A DNA stretch of 64,000 nucleotides from NCBI GenBank assembly GCA_043718445.1, contig JAYSVR010000026.1, forward strand, positions 2,900 through 66,899. Direction: 5' to 3'. Below are positions 29,325 through 38,336 of the stretch, in pieces (within the stretch, counting starts at the first letter, position 1; each line of letters opens with the position of its first letter). Under the pieces are notes generated by a model. It worked only from the letters and a program-made list of their open reading frames with translations, had not been told where the DNA came from and did no database searches. The stretch is from Acidobacteriota bacterium. Lineage in GTDB: Bacteria > Acidobacteriota > Blastocatellia > RBC074. Both the position numbers and the translations under genes were made by a program.

Positions 29325-30781
29325 TTTGGCTTTATCACTCCGAGGCCGTATCCGTTGAGCGTCGCCGTACGCAACATTCCATCCTTGATGTCGAACAAAC
29401 CGGGGAAATCTTTTTTCCACTTTTCATTCGCCGACGGCACATATTGTCTCGCGTTGCCTTCGAGTCCGCCCACGCCGGGCACGTGCGCGGCGATGGAGCA
29501 CGAATGAATGAACGACGCGCCGGGGCAAGTCAGGTCTTGCACACACAACGACATTTTGTATTTCTGTGCCGCCGCTGCCATCAGCACCGCGTGGCTTTGT
29601 CCTTTGCAGGCCTTGAGCGCGACGCCGGTGTAGCCCATCTCGCGCGCCAGCAGCAGCGATTCCAAATCGGTCAGTGATTCGTCAATCACGACGGGGCGCA
29701 GCTTCGCGGCCTCGTGCATTACGTTTGCACGGTCGGCGCGCAGGTCGCGTTGTGTGGGCTGTTCGATATATTGAATGCGCGCAAAGCCCTGCGGCGCAGC
29801 CTCTTTCACGCGGCGCAAGAGTTCGAGCAAGTAAGCGACGTTGTCGCAGCGTTCGTTGAAATCAAGCAAGTACTTGCAGCGCCGCTGCTGGGCGGCAGAA
29901 AGATTTTCATCTACGATGCGGTCAATTTTGAGGATGCGTTGCGTATCGGCTTCGCGGTCGCCGCCGTTGAGCTTGATCTTGAAATGCGTGAGGCCATTGA
30001 AACGAATCCAATCGGGCAAGGTTTCAGGCAAGCCATCGCCGACTCGTTGCTTCACGTCACTTTCGAGCAAAGGGTCAGACGCGCCGACTGAATGAAACAG
30101 CGGAATGCGCGGCACGGGTTGCTTGAGCAAAAAGCGATCAAGATATGCGCCTTTGAAATCAGCACCTAGATAATGCGACAAATCACGCGGCAACAAATCG
30201 CGTCCATAGGTTTGCCAACTGCTGCGGCGATGCACTTTGCCGAAAGCATCGTGAAGGGCTGCGTCAAAAGCGCTCGCCGTCACCAGCACACAAAGTTTGG
30301 GAATCGGGGCGGCAAGTTTCAGTTCGCGCGAAACTTCAGCGGCGGCTTTCAGAAATTCAGGTTCAAGCGCAACGAAAGCATCCAGCGGATGTCCGGGTTC
30401 TTTATAACCGTTGATGATTTTGTTGAGGCGTTCAGCTAGCGTTTTCATTGCGCCGAGCGTCGTGTCGTAACTCATTGGCGCTACGCCTTTCGGAGTCGGA
30501 AACGCCCACTGATTACCCATCGTCATCGAACCGAACCCGCGCGCAGTGCGTCCGTCAACGGTGGTGACGACGCAATTGACGTTGAGCAAGGTCACGCGAT
30601 CTACGCTGCGTCCGCCAAACATATAGGGAGTTCGGTACAAATGATCTTCATAGCCGAAAGCGATTTCTTCGATGCGAATGCCAGTGGGGCGCGACAGCTT
30701 GAGGAAAGGCGCAAGCAAAGGCGCGCTAGTTACCGTTTGCAAAAATCGGCGGCGTGATAAGACATATCTCAAGTTAGCCAT
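29321..30781 (-). CDS. Enolase-superfamily (mandelate racemase/muconate lactonizing enzyme-like) protein, TAT-exported
   Basis: Twin-arginine signal LSRRRFLQTVTSAPL. MR/MLE-type barrel with KxK and acidic ligands. Confidence 0.65.
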   Translation of the reverse strand: MANLRYVLSRRRFLQTVTSAPLLAPFLKLSRPTGIRIEEIAFGYEDHLYRTPYMFGGRSVDRVTLLNVNCVVTTVDGRTARGFGSMTMGNQWAFPTPKGVAPMSYDTTLGAMKTLAERLNKIINGYKEPGHPLDAFVALEPEFLKAAAEVSRELKLAAPIPKLCVLVTASAFDAALHDAFGKVHRRSSWQTYGRDLLPRDLSHYLGADFKGAYLDRFLLKQPVPRIPLFHSVGASDPLLESDVKQRVGDGLPETLPDWIRFNGLTHFKIKLNGGDREADTQRILKIDRIVDENLSAAQQRRCKYLLDFNERCDNVAYLLELLRRVKEAAPQGFARIQYIEQPTQRDLRADRANVMHEAAKLRPVVIDESLTDLESLLLAREMGYTGVALKACKGQSHAVLMAAAAQKYKMSLCVQDLTCPGASFIHSCSIAAHVPGVGGLEGNARQYVPSANEKWKKDFPGLFDIKDGMLRTATLNGYGLGVIKPK

Positions 30782-30906
30782 ATTCGTTTCAATCTAAGTT
30801 CGGTTTGCGTTACGGCTTGCCCGACCAACGTTAATCGCGTTGCCCGGCGACTGGTTCGACGAAGTCAGCGTCTTCAAACGGTCGTGTGCGTAAGCGCTCA
30901 AGTCGC

Positions 30907-31050
30907 TCAGGCTAAATCATCCAACCAGTCTAAATCATCCAAGAGGCTAAAAATGATACTTGGCTTGCCGTTTGTCGCAGCGGCTTGCCCGCAAAAGTTC
31001 GCCAAACCGCCGCACAGAAAAAACACGAGCAAGAGAATTCGTTTGGTCAT
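30907..31050 (-). CDS. Candidate small secreted peptide (47 aa): signal peptide plus acidic repeat tail LLDDLDWLDDLA
   Basis: Manual translation gives MTKRILLLVFFLCGGLANFCGQAAATNGKPSIIFSLLDDLDWLDDLA. A purine-rich stretch lies 9 nt upstream of the ATG. It overlaps an opposite-strand 62-aa track ORF, so this call is speculative. Confidence 0.25.
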   Translation of the reverse strand: MTKRILLLVFFLCGGLANFCGQAAATNGKPSIIFSLLDDLDWLDDLA

Positions 31051-31158
31051 ATTCATTCTCTCAAGGGTTTAAGAGCAGCAAGTTTCGATCATCCGGTTTG
31101 ATAGCAAGCGCTTTCGCCAGCAGTGCTTTGAACGCTGCGTCCTGCCAATGCGGCAACG

Positions 31159-34100
31159 CTAAAATTCCAACCGCAAACTCATCTGTAGATTGCGGCTGTT
31201 TTTCGCGCGCCGAATCGTACCGGCGGCTGGTACGTCTACGTTATTTTCGGGCAGGTTGAAGTTCGGATGGTTGGGCAGATTGAAGGCTTCGATCCGATAT
31301 TGAAACGCTTTGCCTTCCTTGAACCGAAAGCGCCGCGAGAGCGAAGTGTTGATGATGACCGTACCGGGGCCGTCGAGAATGTTGCGGCCTGAGTTGCCGA
31401 AACGATACGACCCCGTAGGCACAACCTTAAACGCATTGCGGTCGAACCATTGGTCGGGGTTCGGATTGTCTACGGTACCTTTGGCAATGCGGTCGGGGCG
31501 CGTCGCTTCGCCGTTGGCGAAACTCACCGTAGCTACGCGCGGCGTAAACGGTTGACCTGAATAAATCGTACTCGTGCCCGCCAACTGCCAATCGCGCGCC
31601 AGCCAGTTGCGCCCCAGGCTCGGCGACCAGATGAAGCTGCCCGCGAACGTATGCCCGATGTCGAAATCAGAACGCCCGCGTTCGAGTTTCAGGTTGCGCG
31701 AGTCTTGCGCCGACGAGAAGTTGTATTGAATCACGCCGCCTGTGTTCGACGTTTCATCAATGGATTTGGCGTAAGTGTAAGAGCCACGCAGAAAAATTTG
31801 TTTCGACACGCGCCGCCGCACCGTCAACTGGCCGGAGTTATAAATCGAATTCGAGCCGTCGTTGATGATTTGAATAGTACCAAACGTGGGGAAAGGCCGA
31901 ATCGTGCTGGTCGCTTGCGTGCGACCGGCTTGATTGATGTCATAACGGCGTTGCAAGTGCGTGCCTTTCGATCCGGCGTAAGCCGCCTCGATTACCGTGC
32001 CGTTGCCGATTTCGCGTTCGAGCGCGAGATTCCACGATTGCAGGTATTGCGTCTTGGGCGAATCGCTTTCCTGTCCGAAGCTGCTGGTCACGCCCGCGAA
32101 TCCGCGCCGGTCGGTCGGGAACGGATTCGACAACGTCAGGCGACGCGGGTCAGCCGTCACGCGGGTGAACGTTTCAGTCACGCCGAACGGATAAGTGTCG
32201 GCGTATTCATCCATGCGAAAGAGCGAACTCGATCCGTAAAAGATTCCGTAACCGCCGCGCAACACCGTTTTGTTGTTGCCGAACAAGCGATAGGCAAAGC
32301 CGAAACGCGGCGCGAAATTGTTCTTGTCAGTGCGCACGATGGTGTCTGGCAAACCTACGTCAGCGGCTTTGACGACGAAGGCAGACAAGCCCGCGGTCGT
32401 GATGCGCGCGTTGAAATCGGCTTCTGACAACTGGCCTGTACCCGCGACGACGATCTTGCCGAGCGACGGAATGAATTCAGCCAGCGCGCCGAATTTCTCG
32501 CGCGGCTGTTTCATCAGGTCATAACGTACGCCCAGATTGAGCGTCAGATTGCGCGAAGCCTTCCAGTCATCCTGCGCAAAGCCCGCATAGTTCGACACCA
32601 GATGATAAGGCCCGGTCGCATCGAGTTGGCGACGGTCGCTGTCAATCCAGCCAAGCATGAAATCGGCGACGGGGTGTCCGGTGAAACGTCCGAGAAAATT
32701 CACTCGTCCGCGCGTGTCGCCATAACTGCGCGAAAAATATTGCATACGCAAAAAGTCGCCGCCGAACTTGAACGAATGCGCGCCCTTAATCCAAGTCATT
32801 GTGCCAGCGTATTGATAGTTATTGACCGCCCAGATTTTCGGAATGTCGTTAGCCGGGCCCAGCGGCATATAACCCGTCAGCACCAGATAAGGCGGGCCCG
32901 CCGCCACCGGATTATTCGTGCCACCTTTGAATCCGGTCTCTGCCGCCCAATCGCTGCTCTCGCCGCTACGCGCCCAGACTTCGCGGTTGTCGCGGCGCGA
33001 ATAATTGGCGCTCGCTTCCAGATACATCGTCGGCGTGAAGGTGTGCAGGTAACGAACGTAAGTCAGCAATTCGTTCGGCGTATTCGACGAGCCGAAATAA
33101 GGCAACGGCGAACGGGCAGTCACGACCGGATTGAATGAGCTGCGCTTGCGCCAGAAAGCGCCTGCCGTCAAACGGTCGCGGTCATTCAGCGAGTGGTCAA
33201 CTTTGGCGCTGAAGCTGTCGAAAGAATTCGTCAGGTTGCCTTGCGTGACGTAGTTGTAAACGTTGTTGGTCAGATTGGGCGTCGGATAATATTTCGCCAG
33301 CCGCACCGCGACAGGATCGAAACGGTTCGCCGGAATGATGTTGTTGGCAAAGGGTACGCGATTGACTGTGTCGGTAATCACCTGAGGCTGCCCCGTCGCA
33401 TTGGTCGCCTTAGAAAAATCGCCGCGCAACATCTCCGGCGTAGGAACCAATACGCGCTCGGCGTTGCCTTCGATCTGGCGCAACGAATCCCACGCGAACA
33501 GAAAGAAGGTGCGATTGCGTCCGTTAAAAATTTTGGGCAGCACTACCGGCCCCGAAATCGTTGCGCCGAATTGATTGCGCCGCAGCTTTAACAGTTCAGG
33601 ATCGAAATAACCTTTCGCGTCAAAGATGTCATTGCGCATGAACTCATAGAGCGAGCCGTGAAATTTATTGGTTCCGCTCTTCGTCACCGCCGTCAGCATG
33701 CCGCCCGCGTAACGACCGTATTCCGCCGAGAAACCCGACGTCAGCATCTTGAATTCCTGAATGCTCTCAATCGGCGGATTGATGACGACGCCCGTGTTGC
33801 GGCGCTGCGTATTGTTCATGCCGTCGAGCAAGAAGCCCGTGTTGTCGCCACGTCCGCCGTTGACCGAGAACGAGCCGTCGCCGCCGTCGCCGCGCGGAAT
33901 CACGCCGCCGGTGAGCAACGCCAGATCACTGAAGTTGCGTCCGTCGAGCGGCAGTTCGGCAATTTCCGCGGCGGTCGTGACTTCACCCCGCGCACCCGTT
34001 TCGGTATTCAACGCCGAAGGCGCATCGGTGATGTTGACGGTTTCGGTCGCCGCGCCGATTTCTAAACGAATGTCCATGCGCAAGGTCTGCCCTACTTCCA

Positions 34101-34401
34101 ACGAGAAGCCTTCGCGCTTGTAAGTGCGAAACCCGGTCGCTTGCGCTTCGAGCACATGACTCGTGGGTTGCAGATAAGGCAACGCGAAATCGCCGGATTC
34201 ATTGGTCACTGTTTGCTGGCTGATGCTTGTACCCAGATTGGTGACCTTGATCGTAGCGCCCGCGACCACCGCGCCGTTGGCGTCGGTCACGCGGCCCGTT
34301 ACGCCCGCCGTAGGCGTTTGCCCAGCAGCAGTGCCAGCAGCAATATTTGATAAAGCGAATGCCGCCAGCAACAAGGCCAGCGTGAGTGCGTAGTTTTTCA
34401 T
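31159..34401 (-). CDS. TonB-dependent receptor-like outer-membrane protein with N-terminal CarboxypepD_reg domain (paralog of 8995-12348)
   Basis: Start MKNYALTLALLLAAFALS preceded by GGAG. The segment TGRVTDANGAVVAGATIKVTNLGTSISQQTVTNESGDFAL is present. The C-terminus ends LQMSLRLEF. Confidence 0.8.
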   Translation of the reverse strand: MKNYALTLALLLAAFALSNIAAGTAAGQTPTAGVTGRVTDANGAVVAGATIKVTNLGTSISQQTVTNESGDFALPYLQPTSHVLEAQATGFRTYKREGFSLEVGQTLRMDIRLEIGAATETVNITDAPSALNTETGARGEVTTAAEIAELPLDGRNFSDLALLTGGVIPRGDGGDGSFSVNGGRGDNTGFLLDGMNNTQRRNTGVVINPPIESIQEFKMLTSGFSAEYGRYAGGMLTAVTKSGTNKFHGSLYEFMRNDIFDAKGYFDPELLKLRRNQFGATISGPVVLPKIFNGRNRTFFLFAWDSLRQIEGNAERVLVPTPEMLRGDFSKATNATGQPQVITDTVNRVPFANNIIPANRFDPVAVRLAKYYPTPNLTNNVYNYVTQGNLTNSFDSFSAKVDHSLNDRDRLTAGAFWRKRSSFNPVVTARSPLPYFGSSNTPNELLTYVRYLHTFTPTMYLEASANYSRRDNREVWARSGESSDWAAETGFKGGTNNPVAAGPPYLVLTGYMPLGPANDIPKIWAVNNYQYAGTMTWIKGAHSFKFGGDFLRMQYFSRSYGDTRGRVNFLGRFTGHPVADFMLGWIDSDRRQLDATGPYHLVSNYAGFAQDDWKASRNLTLNLGVRYDLMKQPREKFGALAEFIPSLGKIVVAGTGQLSEADFNARITTAGLSAFVVKAADVGLPDTIVRTDKNNFAPRFGFAYRLFGNNKTVLRGGYGIFYGSSSLFRMDEYADTYPFGVTETFTRVTADPRRLTLSNPFPTDRRGFAGVTSSFGQESDSPKTQYLQSWNLALEREIGNGTVIEAAYAGSKGTHLQRRYDINQAGRTQATSTIRPFPTFGTIQIINDGSNSIYNSGQLTVRRRVSKQIFLRGSYTYAKSIDETSNTGGVIQYNFSSAQDSRNLKLERGRSDFDIGHTFAGSFIWSPSLGRNWLARDWQLAGTSTIYSGQPFTPRVATVSFANGEATRPDRIAKGTVDNPNPDQWFDRNAFKVVPTGSYRFGNSGRNILDGPGTVIINTSLSRRFRFKEGKAFQYRIEAFNLPNHPNFNLPENNVDVPAAGTIRRAKNSRNLQMSLRLEF

Positions 34402-34497
34402 AACCATCTCCGGTGATAAGGGTTGTGCCAACAAGAATTGTCAGCCATCGCATTCTAGGGAAAACCAGATTGATTGGCTATGGCTTATCGAGTGCGG

Positions 34498-35670
34498 CTA
34501 AGGCAAACCAACATAATTTTCTGCCAGTGCTGTGGCTGCCGCTCGCGAACTCACTACGTAATCCAATTCAGACAGTTGCAATCGTTGCTGAAAATCACTC
34601 TGCTCAGGAAAGCGATGCAACAACGAAGTCATCCACCACGAGAAATGCTGAACGCGCCAAACGCGGCGCAAACAGGTCGTCGAATAAGCCGCCAGCAATT
34701 CCCGCTGGCCCGCCTGATAAAAAGCTGCGAACGCTTGCGACAAAACGCGCACGTCGGCCATCGCCAGATTCATGCCTTTCGCTCCCGTTGGCGGAACGAT
34801 GTGCGCGGCATCGCCTGCCAAAAACAACTTGCCGAATTGCATCGGTTCCGCGACGAAGCTGCGCATCGGCGTAACGCCTTTTTGCAGGATCGTACCTTCA
34901 GTCAGTTGCAAGCTGGTATCAGCGCCCAGACGTAATTCCAACTCTTCCCAAATGCGCGCGTCAGGCCAGTGCGCGATGTCTTCGTCTGGCGCACATTGCA
35001 AATAAAGCCGCGTGATCTCTGGCGTACGCATACTGAACAACGCAAAGCCGCGCGGATGATGGCAATAGATCAATTCATCGGAAGGAGGTTTCGATTGCGC
35101 CAGAATGCCGAGCCAGCCAAAGGGGTAAACCCGTTCATAAATTTGCAACGCACTGGCGGGAATCGCTGAACGCGCAATGCCGTGAAAGCCGTCGCATCCG
35201 CCAATGAAATCACAAGCGATCTCGTGTGACTCGCCGTCTTTGCGAAAGCGAATCTTCGGCGCGTCGGAATCAAGGTCGTGCAGGCTGGTGGCTTCGGCTT
35301 CAAAGTGCAGCGGCAAGCCCGCGTCGAGCCGCACTTGAATCAAATCCTTCACGACTTCCTGTTGGCCGTAAACCGTGATCGCGCGCCCGCCCGTCAGTTC
35401 GTGTAAATCAAGGCGATGCCGCGCGTTGTTAAAACTTAGTTCAAGGCCGTGATGAACCAACCCTTGCCGCCGCATGCGTTCGCCGACACCGGCTTCGTTC
35501 AGCGTGTCAACGGTTCCCTGTTCCAACACTCCGGCACGCACGCGGCTCTCGACATACTCGCGGCTGCGGCTTTCGATCACGATGGATTCGATGCCTTGCC
35601 GATGCAACAAGTGTGCAAGCAACAAGCCCGCCGGGCCTGCGCCGATGATGCCGACCTGCGTTTTGATCAA
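34498..35670 (-). CDS. pobA: 4-hydroxybenzoate 3-monooxygenase
   Basis: IGAGPAGLLLAHLL, CDGFHG and LAGDAAHIVPPTGAKGMNLA motifs. 390-aa length. Confidence 0.9.
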   Translation of the reverse strand: MIKTQVGIIGAGPAGLLLAHLLHRQGIESIVIESRSREYVESRVRAGVLEQGTVDTLNEAGVGERMRRQGLVHHGLELSFNNARHRLDLHELTGGRAITVYGQQEVVKDLIQVRLDAGLPLHFEAEATSLHDLDSDAPKIRFRKDGESHEIACDFIGGCDGFHGIARSAIPASALQIYERVYPFGWLGILAQSKPPSDELIYCHHPRGFALFSMRTPEITRLYLQCAPDEDIAHWPDARIWEELELRLGADTSLQLTEGTILQKGVTPMRSFVAEPMQFGKLFLAGDAAHIVPPTGAKGMNLAMADVRVLSQAFAAFYQAGQRELLAAYSTTCLRRVWRVQHFSWWMTSLLHRFPEQSDFQQRLQLSELDYVVSSRAAATALAENYVGLP

Positions 35671-36141
35671 TTACGTCACCGTATAAAAGTCCAACAACAC
35701 AGCCGCTTTGGTGCGTACGCCGGAACACACAGCGACGACGCGATTCAACCAATCGTATTTAGCAGCGCCCGTTTCAAACACCGGCACGGCGCGAAAGTAA
35801 TACTTCGCCGGATCAACTTCATCGCCGCGCGCGATGGCCGCCAACACTTCGGGCGAGCCATGCCGCACGCCGGTGTTACGCACATAAATCAACGCGCCGT
35901 CTTCGGTGCGCAGCGTGTAACGCGCTTCGAGCAACGCCGTACCGTCTGCCGCGACGATTTGCCAATCTGCGCCGCCTGGCAAAACTTCGCCGCGCAAGCG
36001 CGCGCCTTCTACGCGCCCGCCCGTGATCGGGATGATGCGGCGTTCGCCCGTCAGCACCTTGCCGATGCTTTGCGGCGGAGCCAGCGTGATGCTCAGGTGC
36101 GCGAGCAACTCAAGTTTTGGCGTGACTGGTTTCAAGTCCAT
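35671..36141 (-). CDS. DUF3237-family beta-barrel protein
   Basis: The pattern RRIIPITGGRVEGARLRGEVLPGGADWQ is typical of DUF3237. The start MDLKPV is preceded by AAGGTG. The gene abuts pobA. Confidence 0.6.
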   Translation of the reverse strand: MDLKPVTPKLELLAHLSITLAPPQSIGKVLTGERRIIPITGGRVEGARLRGEVLPGGADWQIVAADGTALLEARYTLRTEDGALIYVRNTGVRHGSPEVLAAIARGDEVDPAKYYFRAVPVFETGAAKYDWLNRVVAVCSGVRTKAAVLLDFYTVT

Positions 36142-36152
36142 AGATTCACCTT

Positions 36153-37244
36153 TTAACCCCAGACTTCGCGCGCCGTTTCGGCCACCAACTTTAACTTGGC
36201 TTCCTGATCGGCAGGCGTAACAAGATTGCCTTCGAGCGTCGAAGCAAAGCCGCACTGCGGACTGAGCGCCAACCGGTCGAGCGAAATATATTGCGCAGCT
36301 TCGTTGATGCGGCGTTTGAGTTCGTCCTGACTTTCGAGTTCAGGTTTTTTAGTGCTGACCAGTCCTAAAACGCCGACGCGATCTTCGGGCACTTCGGCCA
36401 GCGGCTCGAATCCGCCCGAACGCGCATCGTCGAATTCGAGCAGGAAGCGGTCGAACTTGGTTTGCTGAAAGACTTTCGTAATCGGGCCGTAATCGCCTTG
36501 CGCGTAAAACTTGCTCTGGTTGTTGCCGCGACACAGATGCAAACCGAACTGAACGGTAGCCCCCTTGCCTGAAAGCTGGCTGATGATTGCGTTATCCATC
36601 TCGATAGAAAGGTCGAGCAAGCGGTCGGGATCGTTGCCGCGTTGCCGATAGCCCTCACGCAACGCCGGATCAAGCAACGCAGTATATTGCGGTGAATCAA
36701 TTTGAATATATTGGCAGCCGAGGCGAATCAGTTCGTCAATTTCGCCGCGCAAAATGTCTACGAGATCGGCGAGGTAAGCGTCCACCGTGGCGTATGCGCC
36801 TTTCGATTTGTCTGCGTCGTAATAGGCCGCCGCCTGTTGCGCACTGACCAGCGTCGTCTTCGCCGGGCGCGTCGTACTCGCGCGCAGCCAGGTGAACTCT
36901 TCGGCGCACATATGCCGCTTGCGCTGTAACTTTGAAACTACGACGGGACGTTGCAACACGAGTTCTTCGCCCGCGTCATTGCGGAACGGAATCGCCCAGC
37001 CGCCGTATTTGTCGAAGCCCTCGACGGCATCAATCAAGTGGCCGTAAAACGCATAGCGCCGCATCTCTCCATCGGTGACGACTTCGATGTCGGCACGTTC
37101 CTGCAACTCAACGGCTTCGCTAACGGCGCGGTCTTCGATTTGTTTGAACAGCGTGTCTGACAACTCGCCCGCTTCATGCTTGACGCGCGCGTCTTTCAAA
37201 TAAGCTGGTCGCAACAGGCTTCCTACTACATCGCTTCGATACAC
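36153..37244 (-). CDS. MetE-family (cobalamin-independent methionine synthase C-terminal-domain-like) Zn-dependent methyltransferase
   Basis: 363-aa UroD/MetE-like barrel. His-x-Cys Zn motif in GLHLCRGN and distal Cys in PQCGF. GTG start preceded by AAGGAG. Confidence 0.7.
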   Translation of the reverse strand: MYRSDVVGSLLRPAYLKDARVKHEAGELSDTLFKQIEDRAVSEAVELQERADIEVVTDGEMRRYAFYGHLIDAVEGFDKYGGWAIPFRNDAGEELVLQRPVVVSKLQRKRHMCAEEFTWLRASTTRPAKTTLVSAQQAAAYYDADKSKGAYATVDAYLADLVDILRGEIDELIRLGCQYIQIDSPQYTALLDPALREGYRQRGNDPDRLLDLSIEMDNAIISQLSGKGATVQFGLHLCRGNNQSKFYAQGDYGPITKVFQQTKFDRFLLEFDDARSGGFEPLAEVPEDRVGVLGLVSTKKPELESQDELKRRINEAAQYISLDRLALSPQCGFASTLEGNLVTPADQEAKLKLVAETAREVWG

Positions 37245-37260
37245 AGTTTCTCCTTGTCAG

Positions 37261-37367
37261 ACGTAGCGCAGACTTCAGTCTGTGACCCGTATCGCGGACT
37301 TTAGTCCGCCAGTCATGCGCAGACTAAAGTCCGCGATACGGGTCACAGACTGAAGTCTGCGCTACGT
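37261..37367. repeat. Perfect palindrome: 46-bp arms (37261-37306 / 37322-37367) around a 15-nt loop, filling the intergenic region upstream of the MetE-like gene
   Basis: The arms are exact reverse complements. Each arm contains the smaller palindromes cagacttcagtctg and gcggactttagtccgc. Confidence 0.65.
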
Positions 37368-37368
37368 G

Positions 37369-38256
37369 TTAGGTGTTAATCGCTTGCGCCAACGTGCGGT
37401 AATCTTCCGGCACGTCGCCGCTGAAATGTTCTTTCAATCCAAGTTGTGCGCCCCACTCTTGCCGTTTGACGATGGCTTCGGCCATCAGCGGTTCGATACC
37501 GGCGGCGCGCAAGGTCGCGGCGACTTCTTCTAACTCGCGCGCGCGACGTTCGCCGTGTTCGATAACGCGGCTCATGCAATAGCCCGCCAGCTTGCTCCAA
37601 TTCATGCCCGGCCACGACGCTTCGAGCGAAGCGAACACGCGCTCGTCCACGCCGTATTTGGTCGCGCCCAGCACGCATTCAAACAGCAAGGCTTCGATCC
37701 CTTTGACCATGATGCTGCGGCACATTTTGACCGCGACCGCCGCGCCGATTTCGTCAGAAACGATTTCGAGTTTCATGCCGTAAGGCGCGAGCAATTCAAC
37801 AAAGGCAACCGCATGCACGCCGCCCAACAACATCGGAACCTGATGGCCTTGCCGCAACGGCACCGGAGCCATCACAGCCGCTTCGACAAAGCGCGCGCCT
37901 GCGGCAGTGACCGTCTGGTCAATCGTGCGTTTGGTTTCAGGCGAAACCGAATTGAGATCGGCGTAAAGCTGATGAGCTTGCAAATAAGGCGCAAACTGGG
38001 CGGCGGCTTCAGCGGCGGAATTCGCCGTGACAACCGAAAGCATCACGTCGCAACGCGCGGCTAAGGCTTCAGGCGAAGCGCATAAGACCACTTCGGTTTC
38101 AGCCGCGCGTGCTTGAATGCGTTCGCCGCGTCCAGGTGTATGTGTGTGCAAGTCATACGCCGCGAGTTGCGTGACACCTGCGCCGCTCAAGCCGCTGGCG
38201 AGACGAGAGCCGGCTTCGCCAAAACCGACGAAACCAATTTTGAGTTCGCTACTCAT
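37369..38256 (-). CDS. NAD(P)-binding dehydrogenase (6-phosphogluconate/3-hydroxyisobutyrate dehydrogenase-like NAD-binding domain + DUF1932)
   Basis: Rossmann motif KIGFVGFGEAGSRLA. Confidence 0.6.
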   Translation of the reverse strand: MSSELKIGFVGFGEAGSRLASGLSGAGVTQLAAYDLHTHTPGRGERIQARAAETEVVLCASPEALAARCDVMLSVVTANSAAEAAAQFAPYLQAHQLYADLNSVSPETKRTIDQTVTAAGARFVEAAVMAPVPLRQGHQVPMLLGGVHAVAFVELLAPYGMKLEIVSDEIGAAVAVKMCRSIMVKGIEALLFECVLGATKYGVDERVFASLEASWPGMNWSKLAGYCMSRVIEHGERRARELEEVAATLRAAGIEPLMAEAIVKRQEWGAQLGLKEHFSGDVPEDYRTLAQAINT

Positions 38257-38336
38257 AAATAACCCCGCCGGAAAAAATCATCGGTGTCATAAATCGCCAA
38301 CTGTTCAACGCCCGATTGCAAAGCATGGTGAGATCA

